Assembly: GCA_964106645.2 (NCBI GenBank)
Contig: OZ067043.1
Strand: one strand, 5' to 3'
DNA: 64,000 nucleotides
DNA from: Podarcis pityusensis
Taxonomy: Eukaryota
The notes below the pieces were generated by a model. The model saw nothing but the letters and a program-made list of their open reading frames with translations. It ran no database searches and was not told where the DNA came from. Positions 40,979 through 53,244 of this stretch are shown here, piece by piece. Within the stretch, counting starts at the first letter, position 1. Each line of letters starts with the position of its first letter. The position numbers were made by a program, and so were the translations under genes.

Positions 40979-42700
40979 ATGGTCAAATTTGAAGCTTTCA
41001 TTGCTAGGCCGAATCGCAGCGATAAAAATGAATGTATTGCCAAGAATGTTGTTCTTGTTTCAATCATTGCAAATTTTGGATAAAATGGACTGTTTCAAGA
41101 AGTGGCAGAGAGATATTTCTAGATTTGTCTGGCAGGGCAAGAAGCCCAGAATAAAATTCAAAATATTAACTGATGCAAAAGAAAGAGGCGGATTTGCCAG
41201 ACCTCAAACTTTACTATGAATCAGCCGCATTTTGCTGGCTGAAAGAATGGCTGCTTCTTGAGAACACAGACATTTTGGATTTAGAAGGTTTTAATAACGT
41301 ATTTGGGTGGCATGCATATCTGTGGTATGATAAGGTCAAAGCACATAAAGCATTTAAAAACCATATTGTCAGGAAAGCTTTGTTTAATGTTTGGATAAGA
41401 TACAAGGATCTGCTTGAAAACAAAACTCCTAGGTGGTTGTCACCATTGGAAGCTAAGGCTCTGAAAAAGCTCAATATGGAGGCCAATTGGCCGAAATATT
41501 GGGAGATATTGGAACAAGAAGGAGACAGATTAAAGCTGCAGAGCTTTGAAAAACTGAAAAACAAAGTACGGGATTGGCTTCATTATTATCAAATAATGGA
41601 GGTTTATAATTTGGATAAGAAAATTGGGTTTCAGGTGGAGAAATCAAAATTGGAAACAGAATTGTTAGATCCAAAAACTAAGAATTTGTCGAGAATGTAT
41701 AACTTGCTGTTGAAATGGAATACTCAGGATGAAACGGTGAAATCAGTTATGATTAAATGGGCTCAAGATGTTGGACATAACATCATGATGGCTGACTGGG
41801 AACAGTTATGGACCACAGGTATTAAGTTTATGGCATGTAATGCCTTAAGAGAGAATATAATGAAAATGATATACAGGTGGTACATAACACCAGTCAAGCT
41901 TGCAAAAATCTATCATTTGCCAGATAATAAATGTTGGAAATGTAAAGAGACTGAAGGTACATTCTTTCACCTTTGGTGGACGTGCCCAAGGATTAAGGCT
42001 TTCTGGGAGATGATCTATAATGAAATGAAAAAGGTACTTAAATATACCTTTCAGAAGAAACCAGAGGCCTTTCTCCTGGGCATGGTCGGCCAATTGGTGC
42101 CAAAGAAGGATAGAACTTTTTTTATGTATGCAACAACAGCAGCAAGAATACTCATCGCAAAATACTGGAAGACACAAGATTTACCCACTCGGGAAGAATG
42201 GCAGATGAAAGTAATGGACTATATGGAACTGGCGGAGATGACTGGCAGAATCCGAGACCAAGGTGAAGAGTTGGTGGAAGAAGATTGGAAAAAATTTAAA
42301 ATTTATTTACAGAAACATTGCAAGATTCAGGAATGTTAGAAGGATGTTGGAATGAAGCAATGTGGTTTTAGCAGAAATGATATAAAAGATTAGGAAAAAA
42401 TTGATTTTTTAAGTGGTGAAACGAGAATGTAAAACTATAGTACACTAAGCTAAATTATCAGGATAAAAACCAAGCAGAAAGGATTTGCTGAAATACTTAA
42501 TTGAACTAGAATACAAAAAAGGGAGGTGTGAGGAGGTCAGGGAAACAAATAAATGAAAGATAAGACATGGAAAGATGGAAATGTTTTAAATTGTTTTTAC
42601 TTTCTTGTATTTTGTATTTTCTGCTCTCCTTTTTTTTTCTTTTCTTTTTCTCTTTTTTGTAACTTCTTTGAAACTCTAATAAATATTATTTTTTTAAAAA
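40979..42700 (+). mobile_element. 5'-truncated L1-clade LINE (ORF2 C-terminal part plus 3'UTR), antisense to FOXP4
   Basis: ORFs 40947..41219 and 41173..42339 encode L1 ORF2 post-RT motifs (LSLLGRIAAIKMNVLPRMLFLF, RFVWQGKKPRI, GGFA/LPDL) and the C-terminal Cys/His motif CWKC..EGTFFHLWWTC. One frameshift near 41195. AATAAA at 42678-42683 and a short A tail. Perfect 21-bp TSD tgaaagaacaaagaatgtcca at 40958-40978 and 42701-42721. Confidence 0.93.
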
Positions 42701-43744
42701 TGAAAGAACAAAGAATGTCCAGAAATAGCTCAAATTTGGGGTGCATTCAAAACATCTGTCCCAGCCCCTCCAGAATATACACGAGATACAGCTAATGCAA
42801 TCTGAAACTCTCATCCCTCTTGTGTCCCTTGTCAGGGATGCACTCTCCCCTCCATCCCAGTTTGAAATCAAACAACTCAATGAAGATACTGCAGTGAACA
42901 GTCTTCACCCTTCCACTGGACCACTCAGGATGGAAAAGGCTGCAGTTTGTCACAAGAAGCAGATCAAACTCACCATCAACCTGGCAAGTGTGACAACCTG
43001 GAGGGCAATCTTACCTTTAGTTTTACAAGGAGTTTAATACCTTACTCGGAAGGAGGAACCTGAGAGGGAATTCTACCAGGGAATTTCTCCCCCCTTCTGT
43101 CCTGTCGGTTCAAGCATTCAGGAGCTTGCTGACCTTTGGGGCAGGTTGCAAGTCTTATCTGTTTACTCAGGTTGCTGGCTTGAGGGAGGTGCCCAAATTT
43201 TCATTTGTTATTCCAGAAGTCACTTTGAGTCAACTTACAAAGTTAATTATTAACTGCTGTGGGCTTGCTCCAAAACTGCTAAAGAGGCACCATTAACCAG
43301 AATCAGTCCATGAAGCAAAGCTGCAAGACCCTTGGTCCTCCCTAACAAAATCCAGACTGTCTAACCTTCTTCACGCTGGACAGAGATTCTAGTCCATCAA
43401 TATAGCACAGTTAGTTGCAAAGTTCTTCCAACATTCACCTGAAAGAATCTTGTGCAAAACCTAAGATAATACTGGCAGCACAACATGGAAAAGCCATTGG
43501 TGAGGTATTCCACTAAATTATAGTGGAGTAGTTAATATAAAGCCTTGTTATCATAGCAAAACCATGGCCTCTGCAACCTGTATTTCACTGATGTACATTG
43601 CTACTAGTATTTTGCGCTTTGTCTAACCAACGGAATGGGTGTTCCAACATGCAAGTAGCAATGAAAATCAACATAGAAACTCAGGCAGCAGTACCAGGAG
43701 AATGAGAAAGAATGGAGTTGATGCCCACTCACTAGGAGACAAGC

Positions 43745-44125
43745 ATCACGCTAATTTCCCTTTGCTGTTCATCAGCCTGCAATGTGCTCTGAATGAGAGC
43801 CTGTAATTAATTGCTCATCTGCATCCCCCATCTGAACTCCCTTCCCCACCAACCCCCACCACTACACCGTGCATCCAGCTTGATACACGTTGGCTGGCAT
43901 TTTCAAAATCGGAGGCATTCTAATTACCGGAGAGTTATAACACCTTCCATTTCGCGCCCGTCGGACTGACACCCTGTCAAGAGCAAAGAGACTTGCCAGA
44001 GGTTTTGACAACACTAATTGCCCCTATAATCTAAAAACACAAAGGAGAGGCGATTAGTCGTGAGGGCCGCAGCTCTCGATCCGACATGAGGTTTTCACAA
44101 CGTTACAAGAAAACAAAAGCAGTGC
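43745..44125. promoter_or_regulatory. Candidate intronic enhancer
   Basis: CpG cluster in unique sequence, TAATTAATT 43804-12, TAATTA 43921-26, and inverted TGACA-ccc-TGTCA at 43967-79. Confidence 0.4.
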
Positions 44126-47100
44126 CTTTTAGAGTGTGATGGCTGCTAACAAAGCAGAATTATATTTTCATACAAACCTTTGTCTACATCAAATCGCTTT
44201 CCCCTTTCTCTTAAAATGCTAAGCTGACACAGAGAATGGTGGGGGCTCCTTAGGAAGAGGGGCAGGAAAGAAGATAAAAGATACATGAGCAATGGTTCTT
44301 ACAAGATGGGAGTATTCTTAGGACTCAAGAGGCCTCCAGATTTCTTGTTTCCTGGTTTAAGATGAGATGGTGAAAAAAGTAGCCCCATCATTTCCAGGGC
44401 TGGGTTCTACCATCTTATCATCTACCTCCCTCAAGATCTTCTACCCAATATTATAAGAATTGTCAACACAGTAGCTGCATCTCATTACAGAAAACATTTG
44501 CCCTAATCAAATGCTGAAAAGTGGTTTAATATATCAGCCCTGCAAAGTTATAAGCTAAACACATGTACTCTGCTTATTGACACAAGCAATGATGCAAAAC
44601 TCCGTCCAGTGCTAACAGGAAATTACCATTGTTAAAAATGAGGTTTCAAATCATAATGCTTCCTCGTTGTATCTCCTCTCTTAGTGTACACCTATTGTCT
44701 GGAGATTTAAACAAGACAGACTGACTGTTCAACAAGTTTATAGCTCATCTTGCGCAACAGCAGCACCATTCCTGACAACACAGTTTATGTGTTTTTATTC
44801 AAGTTGTTTATTAAACCTGGGGGGGGGGGGGACGGGACAAGAAAGCATGCTAAGATCCTGATAATGGAAACAATCCAGAATTTAAAATCTGTTGAAGCAA
44901 CCCCCCAATACTAACACAGACCAATAGACTCCATAACTTTAGATAGCCATAACTGCCCTATCCAGCTATTTTGCTTTTCCCTTCTAGCTCGAGCAGTGTG
45001 AACAAAGATAAATAAGTTACCTATAGGCTAAGAGCAGGGGCTTCAATTAAGGGGCAAAAGGCTTCAGTCCATTTCTTGGTGACTCCAAAATCAACTTTTC
45101 CATCAAAATGGAAGCTAAGCCTGCTCACCCTAAATATCTTTAGTAGCAACACCTTAAGCTACAGCATGCAGGATGGCATATCTGAAGATAATGGAAGCGT
45201 GAGAGCCTATTTTAATGGCTCACGCAGCCACAGTAACATGACAGCAATTTTGACATGATCTGAACATACAACATGAAAGCTTGAATTTGTTTCTACTGTT
45301 AAACACATGGATTCTTTCAATATACCATATCAGACTCTGCGAGGATGACAAAGCTCCCAAATCATTAGACCATCTGGGCAGAAGATACTTTAATTTGGGG
45401 CATAAGCTTTCAAATATTTAATAGGAATCATACAATCAACAAACATTATAGGAAACTCATGTTAAAAGGAAAGATCAACCACTTTAGCATCAACCAGTTA
45501 GTTCAGGACTTTGCACACTGCAAGCTCAACAAGAAAGAAATATTAAAATAATGTTCTGGTGCAAATGAAAGTTGAACTAGTACAGAAACTTCAACTAACT
45601 CCTTGTCCCAAGCCTGCTTTTTTACTTTCATAAGAACTGTAGACTCTTCTCCGTTCTCTGAATATTAGCACTCCCAACAACAGAAGCATTGTGTCTGTAG
45701 ACAGAGAGGCTGAATTTCTCTCTCCAAGAATGGTTTGTGGGTGTGCGTGTGTCATAGCTGGCATCTGGCAGACAGTGAGCTAAGGCAGGCAGTGACTCAC
45801 TTGTTGGCCAGTTGCCATTCCACAAAACTGCTTACTAACAGCGCTGGCTTCCTAACAAAGCTTTGACAATGCATCTGAAGAGATGCTTTTCCAGGATGCC
45901 TTACTTAAATGGAATCCCACCATACCAGAGTTAATAGTGAAATGCAAAAGGATTGCCAGTGTGTGGTGGAAAGTGTGTTTCCGGATGAAAGCTCACCACA
46001 TTCAGTGACGTTAGTTGTGATTTCAAAACAGATAAGTAAAAAGCAGAACTTGGCAGAACAGATTCTTAAGATAAGACTGCAGTACCAAAGAAGCAATATG
46101 GCAAGAAGGAACCAACCCTGGAGGGAATGTGCCATCTAAATCAGGGTAAGAGTCATTAATGAAGCATAACACAAGACTTCAGCTGAAGGCTGTGTTAGAT
46201 GAAATCTCCCATTGCTTGAAGCTGGATAAAGTATCCCAAGAGTCAAAGAGGTTACAGCATTCTTCAAGGTAGAAGGCAATTCCTTACCTAGTATATCAAT
46301 TTGTCTTTGAGGAACAGAGGGAGAAAGGATCACATGACTGAATGAGCATGACTGGAATACTGAACGCTACTGCTCATATTTTGGTTTGATGCAATGTTTG
46401 AAATCTTGTTTTGCTGTGTAAAACAACAGATAAATATTCTGTGCCATTGTAAAACAACAGCTATTATGTGAAGATATCTGGATAGAGCAAGCGAGCTGCA
46501 ACAGATGCAAAGAAACCAGGTGTAGTCAGAAGAGCAAGTTCAGGGATGGAACAGCTCACACACAGCTAAAACTTACTCCATACACCTACCTGGAGTTGCC
46601 ATGTGGTGCCCATTGCTACAATGACACTGCTGAAGTCTTCCCCAGTGCCTGCAAAGCCTCTGACATGGCAAAATAATGTGAGTTCAAAGCACGGTTCTTC
46701 CTAATGTTTACTAGGGTTTCCCTCAAAACGAGGACCCATGCTTTGGATCAATGTTTCTGTAGTGCTTGCAAGTACCAGATCTGTGATACTGTGCAGCTTA
46801 CCAATGTAAGATTTAATTATACAGTGATATATTATTTTTGAGGGGGGGGGACCCCCAAGGAAAATGACACAAATTCAAGAGGATCACTTCATTTAACTGG
46901 ATCTGATTTTTATCCGGACCTCATGGAAAAGCAAATAATGGGCAGTAGTCAATCTAAAGGTTGGAAGAACCCTTAGATTTTGCGGGGAGGGGAGGGGAGA
47001 ATGGCCCATTACACAAAGAAAAACTTTGCACTGACAAACCATTCTCATGAATACAACCCAAAGCATGTTTGTGTTTGTGTGCCCATGCACTCTATTGGGG

Positions 47101-47535
47101 GGTGGGGAAAGGTGACCTGGAGGAGAGAAGCAGCCAGACAAATTGGTGCCCATGCAATTCTCTCAAGAACCTAAATATGTCCCCTGTCCCCAAAAGGTTG
47201 GTGACCCCCTCTAATAAAATGTGGTAATGGGTACATACCAATCCACACTCCACACATGAACAGATTTTGGACTGATTTTCTAAATCTGCATAAGGTTAAC
47301 AAGCAATCTAGTACCAGTCCTATTCATAATTTATTCCACTGACCTACCCTGGTATCTGCCTACAGCTTTAGTTCCAACATTACACCTACACAGTTGTACA
47401 GAACCTGATTATAAACTTCTGTAATTTGAAGCAAGATGCATAAAACATTATTAACAATTCTTGGGAAAGAACTTTCCTCAAGGAAATGGGTTCAGATGAA
47501 ACCACATGTTATCACTCCAAATAGAGTATGATATA

Positions 47536-47753
47536 CAGTGGGACCTCGGGTTAAGTACTTAATTCGTTCCGGAGGTCCGTTCTTAACCTGAAACTGTTCT
47601 TAACCTGAAGCACCACTTTAGCTAATGGGGCCTCCCCCTGCTGCCGCACCGCCAGAGCACGATTTCTGTTCTTATCCTGAAGCAAACCTGAAGCACTATT
47701 TCTGGGTTAGCAGAGTCTGTAACCTGAAGCACATGTAACCCGAGGTACCACTG
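47536..47753. mobile_element. Tigger/pogo-like MITE
   Basis: TIR cagtgggacctcgggtta / taacccgaggtaccactg. TA TSD. Internal aacctgaa repeats. Confidence 0.9.
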
Positions 47754-48979
47754 TACACATGTATGTTATGTCTCTTGCAACCCATAGAGCTCTAAGATTC
47801 AATGAAAAGGGATGAAGAGAACACTTAAGAATGTACATTAACATTCCTTGATGGTAAACAAACTAGGAACAAGGTCATGTCTGATGCTTTATTTACCCTA
47901 ACGGCCTTCTAAGGTTGCATCTGCCTTTGCTGATCTCCGACCTAAGGCTAGTGTAGGTCAGGTTGTGCATCAGACCTGTACCAAGTTTTCCTATCATCCT
48001 GGTATAAGCGACTCCTATCCTACGTGCAGGGGCACTTTAGACTGAGGACAGTGCTGCCACACAGTATCTGTTCAAAACGAGCTCAAATTTTCTTGAAACC
48101 AATCACATAAAGCAAGAGCAAGTAGTGGTGAAATGCTCAAGCGGGACAGAGGCTTGGTTCACATGTCACATTAATGTTCAATGGCGCGTGCTGCTCAAAA
48201 GACAACACTTCACTCCTCCCAGCTACTTTCTTCAATGTGCCGCGGAAGCAACAAACCAGAGGCTGGCTAGCTTTCATGTGTGAACCAGGGCTCATGGTTT
48301 GTTTCTCTCTTGACAAACCATGATGGTAAGCCAATGAGACTTTTTCACCCGCATGTTGCTTGTTCATTTTAAACCAGTGTAATTTAAACTATGGCTTAAA
48401 GTGATGTGCAAACCAGTTCAGAGTGTAGCGCATAGGGAAAAAATTCTGTCAGGAAGAGTGCAAGAGAACTAACTGCAGTAAGACCAAGTGGGGGGAAATC
48501 AGCTACACAGCAGACACACAGGCAGCTCTTTTTCCTCGAGTGAGGCAATGCAGAGGGGCCAGTATTGATCTGTCTTCATTACCCATTTCACTCAAGTTCA
48601 AATCAGCAAAATACACTTTTCCACACCAGTGCCCTCTCTGCCACAGCAGACAAAAGAAAAGCAATTTCCTGCAGTTTGCTCCAAACTTGCTACTCCTTCC
48701 ATGTACCATTGCCCGCCCCCCTTCTGCTACAAACATGTCTTCAGATTTCCTCCACAATCTGCCTTCAGAAATGGACGGACTTGAGGAGAACGGCAAAAGA
48801 GAATCTAATGTTGCTTTCTAATCACCAGATTTTTTCAATAGGCATGATCTTGTTGCAAAATTAGTCTCTGATACAGAATCTAGAAGATCTCTGAAATCCA
48901 AAACCATTCCAACTATATACCTTCTGAAAAGTATTTAGTCCATATGGTTGGAAATAAAACGTGGTCCACCATAGAGCAA

Positions 48980-49210
48980 ATGCAGCATAGTGGTTAGAGT
49001 GCCAGACTAACACTGCATTGATCCAAGTTCAAATTCCCAGTCATGTGACTTACTTGGTGACATTTAGGCCAATCACATTCTCTTAGTTTAATCTATGTAA
49101 CAGTACTGTTGTGAGGATAATATGGGGCAGGGAGAGTGGGGAGAAGAGAGAGGAAAATCCTTGCAAGACACCCCAATCTCTTTGGAGGAAAGGCGGGAAT
49201 GAAATGTAAT
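48980..49210 (+). mobile_element. tRNA-derived SINE (Squam3/CORE-like)
   Basis: A-box-like gcatagtggttagag, B-box-like aagttcaaattcc, core ggtgac..ttaggcca.tcac..tctcttag, and ttgtgaggataa. Confidence 0.65.
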
Positions 49211-49211
49211 A

Positions 49212-49426
49212 CAGTGGAACTTCGTGTTACGGATGGGATCCATTCCGGAGGCCCGTCCGTAACATGGAATTGATGCAAGCTGAAGCACCGCGTCTGTGCA
49301 TGGGCGATTTAGTGCTTCTGCGCGAGCAGCAAAACCGGAAATAACCCATTCCGGTACTTCCGGGTTGCCACGGGATGCAACACGAAAACACGTAACCTGA
49401 AGCGGACGCAACATGAGGTATGACTG
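49212..49426. mobile_element. Tigger/pogo-like MITE nested at the tail of a SINE
   Basis: TIR cagtggaacttcgtgtt / aacatgaggtatgactg. TA TSD. Confidence 0.8.
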
Positions 49427-49689
49427 TAAGTAAGAAAATATATAAACAAACGAATAGAAAGTGGCAGCATAGTTACAGGGCTACAGCACTCAAAATGAAA
49501 TCCTAACACAGAAGAAACTTATGCGTGTGGGGAAAAGCAGCTGAGGAAACCACCACTTAAATAATCAATACTGGCAATTTCACACCTATGTATTATGCTG
49601 CAGGAAGCTTACTAGGAACCTGGGGCCAATTTAGCATTTCACTGCAAACATACAGCACAATATTATTACAGTACTATTATTATTACAAT

Positions 49690-50020
49690 TAATTACCTGC
49701 CCTTCTCCCTAAGGTCCCTGGGCAGGTACAAGGATTATAACCCAACGTTATTATTAAAACATGATTATTACACAATATTAAATAGAGTTTAAAACAACAT
49801 AAAATTATAGAAATAAGGTGGGTCAAAAAATATACATCTCAAGTGTCAAAAGCCAGGGTAAATAGTCTTCAGCATTTGCTGAAGGTGCCAAAAACACCTC
49901 TGTGGGGAGCCCCACAACTTCGGGGCTGCCACAGAGGATGCCCTCTCCCAGACTGCCACCGTCCAATATCTGAGGGCGCTGAACATTCAAAAGGGCCCCC
50001 TCTGCCACCAACTATATATG
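49690..50020 (-). mobile_element. L2-type LINE 3'-end fragment (reverse)
   Basis: tacctgccc...gggcaggta terminal stem, A-rich UTR, gtcttcagcatttgctgaa, with a (TAT)n tail to the left. Confidence 0.5.
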
Positions 50021-50724
50021 GTAGGTGAAGTAAGAAGGAAGTGGCTGACCTGGCATCACACAGTGAGCTTCATGAATGACTATTCTTTCTTCTAAATAAA
50101 GTAGAAATAATGGCTGATAAAGGCACCATTAGATCACCTAGGTTAAATCAGAATACGTATTGTGGTAAGACTCGAGATAGCTAAAATCTAATTGTGTCAT
50201 GTCAGCTGGAGTAACACTATCTTCAAAACACCTCTTCAGATCCACACTACGTAATTTTGAATCTTTGTATATAACCTGTTGAAAGCCCAGCTGAAAAGTG
50301 ACATTCACTTACAAATACAGAGACTGTTGCTACCAGGGCTGATCAAGAATGAAAGGTCATTCAATAACTTGAATGGCCAAGTTATTAAACCTATCATTAC
50401 CTCCACACTAAGTTTCTAACGACAAACAGCAGTTTACCTTCTTGAAATCAAATAAGTGTTCCTCTCCTGGACGGAATGTGATATTAAAAAAGAATTTAAT
50501 TACAAAAAAGGAATCAAAGGAATTTTGTTTTAAGTCATCTGATGTCACACATGCTTGGCTCTAGAACTAAGAATCGCAGATTACTTCACAATGGAACCAA
50601 GAATCAATAAGATGGTGGCAGCTTTTAAACTGTTACCCTAAATTACAGCCAAAGTGATTAGGCTTAATTCTAGCACTTCATCAGGAAAACTAAAAGTTCT
50701 CTTTGAACATTTCAAATATTGATA

Positions 50725-50969
50725 CAGTGGTACCTCTGGTTATGTACTTAATTCATTCCGGAGGTCCGTTCTTAACCTGAAACTGTTCTTAACCTGAAGC
50801 ACCACTTTAGCTAATGGGGCCTTCCGCTGCTGTAGCTGCGCCGCAGCCACGCGATTTCTGTTCTCACCCTGAAGCAAAATTCTTAACCCAAGGTACTATT
50901 TCTGGGTTAGCAGAGTCTGTAACCTGAAGCGTATGTAACCTGAAGCTTATGTAACCTGAGGTACCACTG
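50725..50969. mobile_element. Tigger/pogo-like MITE, same family and orientation as 47536-47753
   Basis: TIR cagtggtacctctggtta / taacctgaggtaccactg. TA TSD. Near-identical internal sequence. Confidence 0.9.
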
Positions 50970-51043
50970 TATCCTTATACCAGGGTGGAATTTTCAGGAG
51001 TGACTATTGAGCTGAACCTATGTCTGTAGTTACCCAATTGGAA

Positions 51044-51047
<4 letters not shown>

Positions 51048-51097
<50 letters not shown>
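51048..51097 (+). repeat. (GA)25 microsatellite
   Basis: Read directly from the sequence. Confidence 0.95.
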
Positions 51098-51102
<5 letters not shown>

Positions 51103-52036
51103 TGGGAAAACCATCAAGAAAGCAGTTAGGACACGGCTGAAAATAATGTCATATAGAAGAAAGGCTCATGACTTCTCCACTTGGCTGAGAAGTTGCCATC
51201 ACTAAAAGGATTTGTATTTGGCTTCAGAATTTTAAAATAATCAAGAGAATTGCAATGGCAACACTTAAATAGTCATACATTCAACATGCAATACATTTCA
51301 TGGATTATGATTACTTTGGTGCCTATTTAGGGTATGTTTTTATTCTTGTTTTATAATAAATACATGATTTTTATTGTATTGTATTGTTTTTTCAGATTTT
51401 ATATTATGCTCTATGTCCTTAACATTTTGTAAGTCACTTGCAGACTTTTTCATGTGGCGAATATTATTTTATTCAGTTTATAGAATAAGAACAACAATTC
51501 AGAAACCTCGCTACCAAAAAGTGTGGTCATAAATCAGCAGGCTTTGCATGGCTGCAAATCGCCTGTGAGAAAAATGCCTTAAGATCCATGTTTGTTCCAA
51601 ATGACACAGAAACAAGCGAACAACAATAAGGTATATTGTCTGAAATCACATCTCAGCAGCACACCTGAAAATGAACACAAGATGATCTGCCAGGTGAGGT
51701 TGAATGGAAGAAATGCTGCTGGTCCAGACTTTGGACAAGATGATCCTAAGGTTCCTTGAAGCTCTACAGTTCCATGCACACTATTATTTTTGATTGATCT
51801 CTTCTAGCAAAACATTTACGCACAAATTCAGAATGTTGCATGGTCAATGGAACTTTACATTTTTAAGAGTTTGCACTTCACAAACTATTCATGCACATCT
51901 GAGAGACTGTTCCTTAAAAATTCTACACCAATGGCATCATACACCGATTCAGTTATCTCATATTACTTCTGATATATCTGCCAACTTTTGGAAAGGTTGT
52001 GGGGGGAAATGCCCACAGGTTGTTTTTTTAAAAAAT

Positions 52037-52258
52037 CGGTGTAGCGGTTAGGGTGTCAGACTAGGACCTAGGAGACCAGGGTTCAAATCCCTACTTGGCC
52101 ATGATGAAGCTCACTGGGTGACCTTGGGCCAGTCAATGCCTCTCAGCCTAACCTACGCCACAGGTTTCTTGAGGGGGATTAAACAAGGAAGTAGAAAGCT
52201 GCTTGCAAAAAAAAAAAGGTGGGATATAAATGCAAAAAATAAATAATAATAATAAATA
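52037..52258 (+). mobile_element. tRNA-derived SINE (Squam3/CORE-like)
   Basis: ggtgtagcggttag, gggttcaaatccc, gaagctcactgggtgaccttgggccagtca, and an (AAT)n/AAAT tail. Confidence 0.8.
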
Positions 52259-53195
52259 CCTGGAATTTAGTTATTGCAGAAAAAACAACACATTATGGGT
52301 CTCTAAGGGACAGGAAGATCCTGTTCATTTCTATTTAGTATGGTGGTATTTTATTTCATATAGTTTAGCTTCCAGTTTACAGGTATCTCTCCCCACACCG
52401 CCAAGAGAAATAAGATTGTCATGATTTTAGATTGGGTGTTTTTATTTAATATGTTTAGATTTTGTATGCCTTGTCTTTAGTTGGCTATAGTATTGAATGT
52501 TTTTGTTATTGTTTACGTCTCTCTGTGGCTTCATAATAATTTGAAAACTAATGATTTATTTTTTTTAACAGACCATTCAGGCACATTTATCCATATAGCA
52601 AGAATTTTGGGGGAGTAATTTCTGCACTTCTGGTCCACGCAGTCCCCAGAACACAGAGTAGCCTGAGTCTGCACTAGCTTCCCTCTAGTCTTCCCAGCTG
52701 ATAAGAGACAAGTCTGGGCCATGAAGACCGTTAAGCTTAGTGAGTCTTTCTAAAATGCACACACTTTGTAAGACAGAGCCCAGCCACAAGAATAAAAAGC
52801 TGTCATCTGGATGTGGCTCCAAAGACAGACTGATGAGTTAGGGTCCAGGAGGGGACAGAGGCCCCTGAAGTCAGGTGGCAGGCAGCCAGCTTAGTTCTGT
52901 TTATTAAAATTACATTACAATACCAAATTAGGGCACTGAAAAACACCTTTTAAAAGGAGGTAAAAGTAAGTGAATTTGTTTGACTTAGCTTGCAGTCTTG
53001 ATGTGGGCAAAATGTTGATTATTTGACATAACGCCATTCATTAAGATCAACAGTCAAAACAAAGTTTTGGCATTCCTTAATATTCACAATGTGTATACTA
53101 TGGTATAAGCGCAGTGCTAAAAAGCAGACTATAGGAGACAACTTAGTCTTTCAACCGCTACCTGCCCGAAGAACAGTCATAAGTGAGGGAGGGAA

Positions 53196-53198
<3 letters not shown>

Positions 53199-53240
<42 letters not shown>
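53199..53240 (+). repeat. (GA)21 microsatellite
   Basis: Read directly from the sequence. Confidence 0.95.

Positions 53241-53244
<4 letters not shown>

Noticed and set aside
41173-42339. 388-aa ORF as a nested host gene
   Set aside because: It is the C-terminal part of L1 ORF2, bounded by a TSD, 5'-truncated and frameshifted upstream.
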